Positions 26,478 to 35,191 of a stretch of DNA of 44,107 nucleotides are shown piece by piece. Under the pieces are notes generated by a model. That model ran no database searches. It saw only the letters and a list, made by a program, of their open reading frames with translations, and was not told where the DNA came from. Position numbers and translations under genes: made by a program. The stretch is taken from contig CAYGWV010000112.1 in NCBI GenBank assembly GCA_964353925.1, positions 1 to 44,107 of the forward strand. The letters are read 5' to 3'. Source of the DNA: an uncultured Syntrophaceae bacterium. GTDB lineage: Bacteria > Desulfobacterota > BSN033 > UBA1163. The first letter of the stretch is position 1. Each line of letters starts with the position of its first letter.

Positions 26478-28460
26478 TTACTTTTTGACATCCCAGATGG
26501 GCGGATATTTTAATTTGCCGCTCATCTCCTCGCCACCACTCCAACCCACGGCTGTCCCATCCCCTCTCCAGCAGACTCCTCCATAAATGAGTTTCGTCTT
26601 CGGATCAACAAGGCCGGAGGTGAGTCCCCATGCCACATTACGAACCCGCTTAATGATGTACCCGTTCTCCTCCAGTAGCGAGGTGACTTCCACAGGGATT
26701 CCCTCCTCTACATTCAGTTCACCGAGCATCATGGTCCATATTCTCGGAGCCTCCACTGCCTGCTGAAGGGTCATGTCATGGTCGATCACGTTGATGATTG
26801 CCTGCATCACAGTACTGAAGATGCGGAGGCCCCCATGGGTCCCGGCGGCCATAAAAGGCTTACCGTCCTTTAAGACTATGGTTGGAGCCATACTGCTCAA
26901 CACCCTCTTTCTCGGGGCAATGGCATTGGCCTTCTCAAACTTTGGTCTTGGGTCGGGGTCAAAAAGGGCCATACAGTTGTTTAAAACCATACCACTGCCG
27001 GGAACCTGTCCTGGAACAATAATCCCAGCTCCGTAGGGTTCATTCACTGTCTGGGTCATGGTAATGACATTCCCCTCGCGGTCGATCGATACCCCGTTCG
27101 TCGTATTCGCGGCATCAAAGAGGGCAAGGCGAATGGGCTCATCGATCATTGACTGAGAAGAAAAAACCCCTGGTTTGTATGTTCCTGGTTTCAAAATCTG
27201 AATCTCTTTCCTGCGCTTTGCCGCATACTCTTTTGAGATGAGTTCCTTGATTGGAGGCGGAGCATATTTATAGGAAGGATCAATGGGGCCGTATTCCGGG
27301 TCCCCCATGTAAGTGTTCCTGTCCACCCAGGCGATTTTCATGGCTTCTGCCAACAGGGAAATGGTCTGAGGGGTGCCGAAGCCAAGGGCCTTGAGGTCAA
27401 ATCCCTCCAGAATATTCAACATCTGGATGATGTGGGTCCCCCCGGAACTTCCCAGCGGCATGGCGACGATCTCATATCCTCTGTATGTGCCCCGAACGGC
27501 CTCTCGTAAGCGGAGCCCCTGATTGAGAGAGAGATCATCGAGGCTCTTTCCGTAGTACCATGCCATATCTTCCATGCTGATTATTCCGCTGTTTGCCTGG
27601 AGGTAAGATATGATATTTTTTGCGATATCTCCCTTGTAGAACCTTGTTCCGGCAGCTTCTAACTGTTCATCGAAGGAGGCTCCTGGAGGGGCTGCATCAG
27701 CAATGGCCTCAAGGGTAACTGCATAGCCGGATCTCTTTATAACGCTTCCTGCTGTGATAGGTTTTCCATCCGGCATAAATTCCTGTAAAAACCCGGGGAA
27801 CTTGACATATGGTTTTCCGAAGGTTTTGCTGTACCTTTCTGCTGTTGGCGTAAACTTGACTCCGTTCTTCGCGTAATCAATCGCCGGCTGGATAATCTCT
27901 CTTAAACTGAGCTTTCGGCTTCCATAATTCTTGAGCGCCCAGAGCCAGGCCTTCATATTTCCTGGGACGGCGATAGCCTTGGCCCCCACTTTATTCTCGT
28001 CCTCGGCAGTTTTATGCATGGACATGGCCTGCCTTTCCTCATCATCTGGATAAGCAAGTTTGAACATGTTGGGGGTAGCCGCTGCTGGTGCCACCACATA
28101 ATTGTCCAACGTAACCGATTTTCCATCCTTCGTGTAAATGTTTATGAATCCAGCCCCAAAGGGTGTTACCATCCAGGGCTCAGCCACAGAAATGGCGAAA
28201 AAACTTGCGATCACTGCATCAATCGCATTTCCCCCTTTAATCAATATTTGTGCCCCTGCCGCCGAAGACAGTGGATGGTCCGAGGCGACAATCCCATTCT
28301 GAGCTACTACTGCCTGATGGTACGTTCCCAGGCTCTTGAATTTCTGAACTGCTGCCTTCCAGGCATCTGGATCTGCAGAAAAGGCACTTGTGCTAAGAAA
28401 GAGTGTAAAAGAGATTAAAAATGCTGACAACACGATTCTCCTCATTTTTCTTCTACTCAT
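26478..28460 (-). CDS. ggt: Gamma-glutamyltransferase family protein (Ggt/CapD-like), secreted, long form
   Basis: Signal peptide ending AFSADP. GGNAIDA; a putative autoprocessing/nucleophile Thr in ANTTNGVSIDREGNVITMTQTVNEPYGAG; also APTIVLKDGKP and GTHGG. AAGGAGG precedes the ATG. Confidence 0.85.
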   Translation of the reverse strand: MSRRKMRRIVLSAFLISFTLFLSTSAFSADPDAWKAAVQKFKSLGTYHQAVVAQNGIVASDHPLSSAAGAQILIKGGNAIDAVIASFFAISVAEPWMVTPFGAGFINIYTKDGKSVTLDNYVVAPAAATPNMFKLAYPDDEERQAMSMHKTAEDENKVGAKAIAVPGNMKAWLWALKNYGSRKLSLREIIQPAIDYAKNGVKFTPTAERYSKTFGKPYVKFPGFLQEFMPDGKPITAGSVIKRSGYAVTLEAIADAAPPGASFDEQLEAAGTRFYKGDIAKNIISYLQANSGIISMEDMAWYYGKSLDDLSLNQGLRLREAVRGTYRGYEIVAMPLGSSGGTHIIQMLNILEGFDLKALGFGTPQTISLLAEAMKIAWVDRNTYMGDPEYGPIDPSYKYAPPPIKELISKEYAAKRRKEIQILKPGTYKPGVFSSQSMIDEPIRLALFDAANTTNGVSIDREGNVITMTQTVNEPYGAGIIVPGQVPGSGMVLNNCMALFDPDPRPKFEKANAIAPRKRVLSSMAPTIVLKDGKPFMAAGTHGGLRIFSTVMQAIINVIDHDMTLQQAVEAPRIWTMMLGELNVEEGIPVEVTSLLEENGYIIKRVRNVAWGLTSGLVDPKTKLIYGGVCWRGDGTAVGWSGGEEMSGKLKYPPIWDVKK

Positions 28461-28702
28461 ATATAGTCCTCCTTCCCATATGGTATACTCATTGAACTAT
28501 CGCGATGCTTTGCAAACCTCATGGTTGTTGTAAATTAAGTGGGCATTAAATCTAAGAAGGATTGAGTTTCATAAGAGACCACTCCTGAGAATGAAACGTG
28601 TTTTATATATCCCATTTTGAAAGTTTTTTGTCAACAAAATATTAGGTGACAGACTTCGAAATATAGTACAAAATTGCTTGATATTACCGAGGGGTCCAAT
28701 TC

Positions 28703-29863
28703 ATGTTATTTATTCTGATAGCTTTTATCGTCGTTGCCTGTCTTGTAGTGGAGTGGATTCTTCATACCAGAAGATTGCAGAAAATCCCCCTCCGCATTCA
28801 CGTCAACGGAACTCGCGGAAAGTCGAGTGTTGTCCGAATGATCTCAGAAGCTTTAAGGGCCGCTGGCATCCAGACGCTGGCTAAAACCACAGGAAACCAG
28901 ACTGTCTTGATTTATCCAGATGGCCATGAGGAGATTATCCGGAGACGGGGCCCTTCACGAATTCAGGAGCAGATAGGGTTTGTAAGAAAGGCCGCGGCTC
29001 TGCATTCAGAAGCAATCGTGGTGGAATGTATGGCCATTGAACCGAGCCTGCAATTTGTTTCCGAGACGAAGATGATAAGAGCCGCCATAGGTGTGATCAC
29101 TAATGTGAGGCAGGACCACCTTGAAGTGATGGGGGATACCTTAGATGATATTGCTGAATCATTAAGTCTTACTATCCCGAAGAATGGAAAACTCGTTACG
29201 GGGGACCAGCGATATTACGAGTTTTTCAAGGTAAGGGCAGACGAAAAGAATACGGAAGTCCTCCTCGTTGACAGACCGGATCCGAAAATCCATGTGGATT
29301 TCCCCAACGTCCTGGATGAGAATCTCCTTATTACAGAAAAAGTTTGTTCCTTGCTAAGAGAGATGGGCTATACCATCCCTCATTCTGTAACTGATCGTCT
29401 TTCGGTGCCCAATGTTCCACAGGTACACCAGTTGCGGATGGGAGGTAGAACTGTGCATTTTATCGATGCTTTTTCGGCAAATGATATCGATTCCACCATG
29501 ACTATTCAAAATCTGTTGTTAAAGGAGCCACCATGTCCCAGACCATTTATCGCCCTATTGAATAATCGAGCGGACCGACCTCTTCGGATGCGCTCTTTTG
29601 CTTCTTTTCTAGGCAGTGACCCTCTCTATGATTACATCATGTTAATTGGAGACAACCGGTGGCTGGCGCAGAGATACATTGCACGAAAGCGGAGAAAAAA
29701 CTCTGCTGTAATGCTCAATAGACGAGATCCAGAACGTTTGCTAGAAGAAATATTTCAGAGGATCTCTCTTTCGGAGTTTACGATCGTAGGGATGGGTAAT
29801 TATAAGGGATCTGGTGAACTATTCTGTCGTATGTTCAAAGACGGGGGTGAAAAGAAATGCTGA
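28703..29863 (+). CDS. pgsB: Poly-gamma-glutamate synthase PgsB/CapB (Mur-ligase-like amide ligase)
   Basis: An N-terminal TM helix is followed by RIHVNGTRGKSSVVRM (P-loop), AKTTG, VVECMAIEP and TNVRQDHLEVMGDTLDDIAESL. The protein is colinear with my recollection of B. subtilis PgsB over its full length. Confidence 0.9.
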   Translation: MLFILIAFIVVACLVVEWILHTRRLQKIPLRIHVNGTRGKSSVVRMISEALRAAGIQTLAKTTGNQTVLIYPDGHEEIIRRRGPSRIQEQIGFVRKAAALHSEAIVVECMAIEPSLQFVSETKMIRAAIGVITNVRQDHLEVMGDTLDDIAESLSLTIPKNGKLVTGDQRYYEFFKVRADEKNTEVLLVDRPDPKIHVDFPNVLDENLLITEKVCSLLREMGYTIPHSVTDRLSVPNVPQVHQLRMGGRTVHFIDAFSANDIDSTMTIQNLLLKEPPCPRPFIALLNNRADRPLRMRSFASFLGSDPLYDYIMLIGDNRWLAQRYIARKRRKNSAVMLNRRDPERLLEEIFQRISLSEFTIVGMGNYKGSGELFCRMFKDGGEKKC

Positions 29864-30291
29864 TAGAATCGATCGCTATAGGGCTTTTATTTGGCTTTGT
29901 TTTTTATGAATGGATTGGGTTTTCGGTGGGTGGTTTTGTCGTTCCGGGATATATTGCTCTATACTGGAACAGGCCTTCTGTAATCGTCATCACCCTGGGG
30001 ATCAGCCTGCTGACATACTGTATAGTAAGTCTCCTTACGCGGGTTACTATCTTGTATGGTCGAAGGCGTTTCATTCTCATAGTTCTTGTAAGTTTTGCAC
30101 TCCAGTGGCTCTTCAGAATGCTCATCATCAAAACCCACGTGATGAGCTTTGAGATCGATACTATAGGGTATATAATTCCCGGCCTCATAGCCAATGAAAT
30201 AGAAAGACAGCGCATTGTTCCAACCCTTGCGTCGCTTTTAATAGTTTCTGCCTTGGTGAGACTGACTCTAATTGTGCTTGGTCTATTATGA
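29857..30291 (+). CDS. pgsC: Poly-gamma-glutamate synthase membrane component PgsC/CapC
   Basis: VVPGYIALYWNRP, ILYGRRRF, IIPGLIANEIERQ. 144 aa with 4 TM segments. Its ATG overlaps the pgsB stop by 7 nt. Confidence 0.9.
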   Translation: MLIESIAIGLLFGFVFYEWIGFSVGGFVVPGYIALYWNRPSVIVITLGISLLTYCIVSLLTRVTILYGRRRFILIVLVSFALQWLFRMLIIKTHVMSFEIDTIGYIIPGLIANEIERQRIVPTLASLLIVSALVRLTLIVLGLL

Positions 30292-31404
30292 TCACCGTGA
30301 AGGGAAGGTCCAGTGCTTAACGGAAATACCGAGGAGGCACACTGTGATGAGACCTGATAAGGCCAAAAGGATAGAGTACTTCTGTGGTCTCATTACTCCA
30401 CCACTGGGGACTGAGGGCAAGGGAATCGGGTCTATAGGCAGGCCATACCGCGCTGCCATCTTCTTTATGTTGAGGAAATGGATGACCGAGACGCCTCTCT
30501 CGGCCATCCGAAAGATTATTCCTCTTTCCGGGTTATTTGATAAGGGGATTCTTGTCAATAGTCCGCTCGAAAGTGAGTAAACCTCAGGATTGTTTCCCAG
30601 AGAGGTCAAAGAACCACCGGTGTTGATGAAGATCGCGGGCTTTCTCCCGGTAAATGACCTGTCATAGATGTTGAGTCTTCTGTCAATGTCGGCCTGAAGT
30701 GTCTTTACCCCCTGTTCATCGATATAGGCTACGCCGTTTCGCCGGATGGCTTCGATACCCAACTCTATCCCTTTTCCATCGAGCCCATTTCTGAGTTCAA
30801 CAATCCCGCCGAGGGAAGCTGCCACCGAGGCATAAGGCCAGATCCCATGTTCTCTCAGGATCGTTTCAATATCCAGCCAAGTCAACCGCGGATCATTGGC
30901 GCCATACATGGATGCTCCCACCGAACTCAGTATCACGGGATTCAGTCTTAGGGTATGGACTGCAGAAATAATAGCAATATTTAATGCAGGGAACGAACCG
31001 GAGAAGCTGATGGCTACGTCGTCTCCTGCTTTCACCCCTGCCCTGTGCAGCATCTCCACAACGACACCGGCAAAGTTTGGGTTGGTAGATGTTCTCTTTG
31101 AAGAGGGCGATCCGAGGGTCGTTGTGAGTTCAGTGTGATTCCAGCCAATAATTCCCGTTTCGTTAGGATCAATCTGTGGATCAATGGTTATGCCCCTCTC
31201 CAGTCTTTCTTTCTTAATCACGGTAAGGGCCTTTTCCATCAACCTGGCAGCAGTAATTTTCTCACTCAGGATGGGGTCTTTCTGCAGGCTCTTTGAGTAC
31301 TCGAGACCCAACAGGAATGCCATGCTAATGGCAGTAAGCAATAGAAACCTCGTGTAACCTATTTCCCTTTTTCTTTTGATGAAACCATATTTATCGTTAG
31401 TCAT
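30292..31404 (-). CDS. Membrane-anchored accessory protein, probably the poly-gamma-glutamate system protein found with PgsBC in lineages lacking PgsA/CapA
   Basis: N-terminal TM helix. It lacks the CapA metallophosphatase motifs (no GD..GR, NNH or GHHPH). Its stop codon (30292-30294) abuts the pgsC stop (30289-30291). The family name is recalled from memory, not verified. Confidence 0.5.
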   Translation of the reverse strand: MTNDKYGFIKRKREIGYTRFLLLTAISMAFLLGLEYSKSLQKDPILSEKITAARLMEKALTVIKKERLERGITIDPQIDPNETGIIGWNHTELTTTLGSPSSKRTSTNPNFAGVVVEMLHRAGVKAGDDVAISFSGSFPALNIAIISAVHTLRLNPVILSSVGASMYGANDPRLTWLDIETILREHGIWPYASVAASLGGIVELRNGLDGKGIELGIEAIRRNGVAYIDEQGVKTLQADIDRRLNIYDRSFTGRKPAIFINTGGSLTSLGNNPEVYSLSSGLLTRIPLSNNPERGIIFRMAERGVSVIHFLNIKKMAARYGLPIDPIPLPSVPSGGVMRPQKYSILLALSGLITVCLLGISVKHWTFPSR

Positions 31405-31935
31405 CAAACAGATTAATCCTTCTGAAAGATTTATAATATAATCAAACTGAGGCTTGATTAAAATGCTCCATTTATAATCTATCTATACTTATTTGCCGTT
31501 TTGTTTGACCAAAGATAGAACCGTCTGTCTCTACTCGCCACCAAAATACTCGATAGTCTGAATATATGAAATGTGGACTTTTCTGTCAAATAAGAAAACC
31601 AATAATTGCCATTTGACATCAATACTATAATAGTAGGAGGAAGGAGTACGCAGTGGAAATTACTTTTATTGTTTGGCAGGATTGATAAAGAGGCCATATT
31701 GAACTTTATGACTTCATACTCCTCTGGTCAAGGACATCGATCACGGATTTGAGCAGGAGGAAGAGGAAACCTTTTTTGTGCGAACTTCACCTACTACTCT
31801 GCGACAGTGAGTTGATCTCAGAGCTGATGATTACCAATGGAAAGAGTGGGTAATACCGAAGCGCAGCTGCATGAGAACGAGCAAGCCAAGGGATCACGTC
31901 GCCTGAAGCGATTCGTTAGATTTAATTGATAATGA

Positions 31936-32385
31936 TCATTTTTCTTCAATAAGAATTACGTCTAATATTTTTAGCTTTGGGAGCTGAGCAATAAACCAAA
32001 CACGGTGAGAATTTATTCTCGATCTTTCTAGTGTAGTATAAATTCTATCAAAACTAGGGTGATTACGATCCAAAGAAAAAAAACCATCATGTCCCTGAAA
32101 CCATATAATAACTGTCTCTTCGTCTTTTGAAATAATCTTCTCAACAAAATCATTGTCTGCGCGCTCTATTAAGAGGATTTCATTGTCTTTTGAAATTGCA
32201 AGACCTACCGGATGTTTTCTTTCTAAAGCATGGATGATTAGCTTGGTAAAATATTCGTATGATTCATGGGATTTTGATAAAGTTACAACCTTTTCGTTTT
32301 GTAATGTTATTTTTATTCCCTGATTGGAAGGTTGCACATTGATAATTAAACATAAATTCACCATTACGATGAGTATTTTCTCCAT
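31936..32385 (-). CDS. Hypothetical protein with a hydrophobic N-terminus (149 aa), very AT-rich gene
   Basis: ATG start and an intact ORF. No motif recognised. Confidence 0.45.
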   Translation of the reverse strand: MEKILIVMVNLCLIINVQPSNQGIKITLQNEKVVTLSKSHESYEYFTKLIIHALERKHPVGLAISKDNEILLIERADNDFVEKIISKDEETVIIWFQGHDGFFSLDRNHPSFDRIYTTLERSRINSHRVWFIAQLPKLKILDVILIEEK

Positions 32386-32439
32386 TTTTGTTTTTAATCT
32401 AACATGATTTTTTATACTGCTGCGATGTTTCTCCTCTGC

Positions 32440-32691
32440 CTATTTATCGGCGCCAGATTTTGGCAGCACGCCCAAAAATTGGGCTGCCATCTTTCGTATC
32501 TTTTTAGCCTCTTCTTCAGAAATAGGCCAGCACGGACTTTGCGGCGGACCATCGACAGACCAGTCGAAACCAAACTTATCGCCGCACTCGCTGCACCTGT
32601 AGTAATCATCCTCCATACCTTCAGAGGTTCTATGTGCGGGGCCCGCACATTTACGACAAGGTACGATAGCCGCATTTACTCCCCCTGCCAT
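32440..32691 (-). CDS. Small zinc-ribbon protein (83 aa)
   Basis: CRKC...17 aa...CSEC pair of CxxC knuckles. AAGGGG lies 5 nt before the ATG. The gene is conspicuously GC-rich compared with both neighbours. Confidence 0.5.
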   Translation of the reverse strand: MAGGVNAAIVPCRKCAGPAHRTSEGMEDDYYRCSECGDKFGFDWSVDGPPQSPCWPISEEEAKKIRKMAAQFLGVLPKSGADK

Positions 32692-32756
32692 GGTTTCCCC
32701 TTATGGTGTCTGACCTGGATCAAATTTCTATCGCGATGGCTCCCTTTACTTCCGAG

Positions 32757-33773
32757 TTATCTGATTCTTTCCATCAGTTCCGTATTTTTCACGCCCAAGA
32801 CAAAATAAGGATTCCGACTATCTTTCCTTTTCATGACAACCCAAAATGACTTATCCAGAACGAATCTTCGGATTTTAGGTCGTTGGCTTGGCGGCATGGC
32901 AGTTGGAGCTGCGATGACTGCTTCGTTCTCAACTCTCGCTCCTTTATGATCCATGTCAAATTTCATGTTTTCAAACATGGAAGCAATAAAATATTTCTCA
33001 AAGCCTTTATTGGCTAATTTTTTCCGAATTAATTCTATGTAATCGCGATGAAGTTGAAGGTGCAGCTTAGGCATTTCAAACCGATCATCATCGCCTATCA
33101 GTGAAAGATTGGTGCTGTTGCATCTAACGATTTCATTAACAATGCCTTGTGGCATGTTCATATCAAAACCCTTGGTCAGGAATAATTCATCGCCACCATC
33201 CTTTAATTTGAGGCTAATGATAAATCGATCATCATCCCAGTATTTTAGAATTCTGATATTCTCTTGTTGCTCGTGGCCCTTTGCGTAAAAACCTTTAACC
33301 CTTTCTTTCTCGAACAGCACGTCTTTCTCTTCGAATTGAGTCCAATATTCCACCTCATTTAGAAAATAAGCATATGAAATGATTTCGGTCGGCGCCATTT
33401 TTAATTCTAAATCTTGAAAACTTTTCTCCGGAAATTTTTGTCTGGATTCCTTATTAATAAGATCAACGGTTTCCTGTCCAAAACCGCTTCTTATATAATA
33501 GCTTTTACCGTCCAGATCATTTCTTGTGAATGGAGAGTTATTTAGTTTATCGACCATCTCCAAAGCCACTTTGTCATTGGTGTTCAATCTCAGTTTTTCA
33601 TGTAGAATGTTTTCATTCAGCTCAAGCCAAGCCAAATTCATGGCTCCACCCCAGACATAATTGCCTTCATATTCACTACCGAGATAATAACCCATGTCAG
33701 ACCCTCCGTCCCAACCCGATAGGAAGATAATCAACATCAGAGTCAGCAGTAAGAATATTTTCTTTTGATGCAT
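32757..33773 (-). CDS. Divergent, short serpin-like protein (I4 inhibitor fold), secreted
   Basis: A signal peptide is followed by segments colinear with serpin landmarks: ISYAYFLNEVEYWTQF (strand s3A region), RFEMPKLHLQL..., a hinge-like HKGARVENEAVIAAPTA, and a C-terminal RRFVLDKSFWVVMKRKDSRNPYFVLGVKN. Recognised by pattern only. Confidence 0.45.
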   Translation of the reverse strand: MHQKKIFLLLTLMLIIFLSGWDGGSDMGYYLGSEYEGNYVWGGAMNLAWLELNENILHEKLRLNTNDKVALEMVDKLNNSPFTRNDLDGKSYYIRSGFGQETVDLINKESRQKFPEKSFQDLELKMAPTEIISYAYFLNEVEYWTQFEEKDVLFEKERVKGFYAKGHEQQENIRILKYWDDDRFIISLKLKDGGDELFLTKGFDMNMPQGIVNEIVRCNSTNLSLIGDDDRFEMPKLHLQLHRDYIELIRKKLANKGFEKYFIASMFENMKFDMDHKGARVENEAVIAAPTAMPPSQRPKIRRFVLDKSFWVVMKRKDSRNPYFVLGVKNTELMERIR

Positions 33774-33819
33774 TTTTAGCGGGAAACCGCTTCCTTTTTC
33801 AAGTTGCGTTTTGTACCCA

Positions 33820-34140
33820 TCACGCCCAGGTCATCCATCCGAAAGGAATTCCTTTTTCTTTTAAGAATTCTCGAAACTCACCAACTGCACTGAATCTTCC
33901 TCCAAATAACTTCTCGATCAACGCAAGAATGACGCTGTCCTTGTCTTCTGCTCTCACGGTCACCCAAAACTCGTAATCTTCATCGTCAAACCACTTCTGA
34001 GGGGCCTCCCCCACATCCTGTCCTTCCACGATAAGGTTGCCGTTATCTTCGATTCTGGCGTGAATAAACCGTGATGTTGACCCTCGTTCCTCAAGAAGCT
34101 GAACTTTCTTAAATCTGAGATTAGTTTTATCTTCATCCAT
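33820..34140 (-). CDS. Hypothetical acidic protein (106 aa)
   Basis: Intact ORF in tight series with its neighbours. No motif recognised. Confidence 0.4.
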   Translation of the reverse strand: MDEDKTNLRFKKVQLLEERGSTSRFIHARIEDNGNLIVEGQDVGEAPQKWFDDEDYEFWVTVRAEDKDSVILALIEKLFGGRFSAVGEFREFLKEKGIPFGWMTWA

Positions 34141-34302
34141 GAGTCTTTTGCCTTTCTCATCAATGCTTACGACCCTAACCCTCCTCCAGCTTAACCTGAC
34201 CTTTTTTTCTGTTCATCCCCATTTGATGATGTCACCGAGTCTCAAGCTTGTCACACCGCTGTCTGCCAACACAAAATCGAGGTCTAAAACAGACTCGGAT
34301 AT

Positions 34303-34515
34303 TCAAAAAAACCACGTTCTGTGCTTGGCGGGGTCAATCCGTTTGAACTCTTCTGCAATATCGAGTAATCTCTCGCTCATGAGGTGAGCCATTTCAGCAA
34401 ATTGAGTCCTCAAAGCTGGTTCTTCATGAACGGAACAGGCCATCCCAAACGACTGTTTGTTGATCATCTCAAGTTCTCCAATGAGCTTATCTACCCGTTC
34501 TTTCACTGGAACCAT
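34303..34515 (-). CDS. Hypothetical helical protein (about 70 aa)
   Basis: Only the C-terminal part of ORF 34303..34674 (from MVPVKERVDKLIGELE...) looks protein-like. Start is uncertain. Confidence 0.3.
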   Translation of the reverse strand: MVPVKERVDKLIGELEMINKQSFGMACSVHEEPALRTQFAEMAHLMSERLLDIAEEFKRIDPAKHRTWFF

Positions 34516-34715
34516 CTCACCCAAGGGACGACTCCTTTCCCGGCCTCTGCAATCATGGTATGAAATCGGTTTGCCAGAAGTAAAGAGGAAATACAAAGGA
34601 AGTCCACCTGAATCTTGGGGGCAAATCCTCTTGTCATGTTTTACCTTCCCGGATATTAAACATACTCTGTCCATTGTGATGCCGAGGTCCGTTTGAGTGG
34701 TGTGGAAGATTCATT

Positions 34716-35072
34716 TCAGTCCCATCCAAACTTCAGTAGTTCTCGCCCGCATTTGGGACAGGGTGTTCGCAGTTTGCCAAGGTCAACATTGGCAATATGG
34801 CAGATCGGACAGTAAACCCCATCGTTTTGGATCGGAATAGACTCTCTCAACACAGACAATTCAGAAGCGACACGATAGACCTCATTTTCATTAGCTCCAG
34901 GTGGTGGCAATCCCATGGACTCAGGATCGTTGAACATTGAATTCAATGGAGTTGTCGCAATCCAATCGTCTGGACCAAGCTCCTGGTCGTCACCGAATCT
35001 TTCGGTCGTATCCACCTGGCTAAAACGCTTGTTCTTCGTTTTAACCTTTTCGTTCTTCTTGAATCGCCACAT
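34716..35072 (-). CDS. Hypothetical protein with a C-terminal zinc ribbon (CPIC...CPKC)
   Basis: The sequence VYCPICHIANVDLGKLRTPCPKCG is present. ATG 35072 (MWRFKK) is preferred over TTG 35078. Confidence 0.45.
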   Translation of the reverse strand: MWRFKKNEKVKTKNKRFSQVDTTERFGDDQELGPDDWIATTPLNSMFNDPESMGLPPPGANENEVYRVASELSVLRESIPIQNDGVYCPICHIANVDLGKLRTPCPKCGRELLKFGWD

Positions 35073-35191
35073 AAGCAAAGTCTTCTTTTTTGTTTCGAAT
35101 CTAAAATTATAAAATACGGGTCGTAATATACACCGTTTTTAAAAAATAGGGAATCGATACTTTCAGGAAGTTAGTTTCAACCGAAGGCACC

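Noticed and set aside
28461-28702. Search for clear -35/-10 promoters in the divergent ggt/pgsB control region
   Set aside because: The region is AT-rich with several partial hexamer matches (for example TTGTCA), but none has convincing spacing to a -10 box. I left it unannotated.
30292-31407. Calling the 370-aa convergent gene capA/pgsA
   Set aside because: None of the metallophosphatase-like CapA motifs is present, and only a single N-terminal TM helix is shared. It is reported instead as a putative alternative PGA-system protein at moderate confidence.
31700-31935. Locally GC-richer patch between the PGA locus and the AT-rich block, examined for a gene fragment or toxin-antitoxin remnant
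   Set aside because: No frame on either strand has a start codon followed by more than about 40 codons. It may be a decayed fragment, but nothing can be supported.
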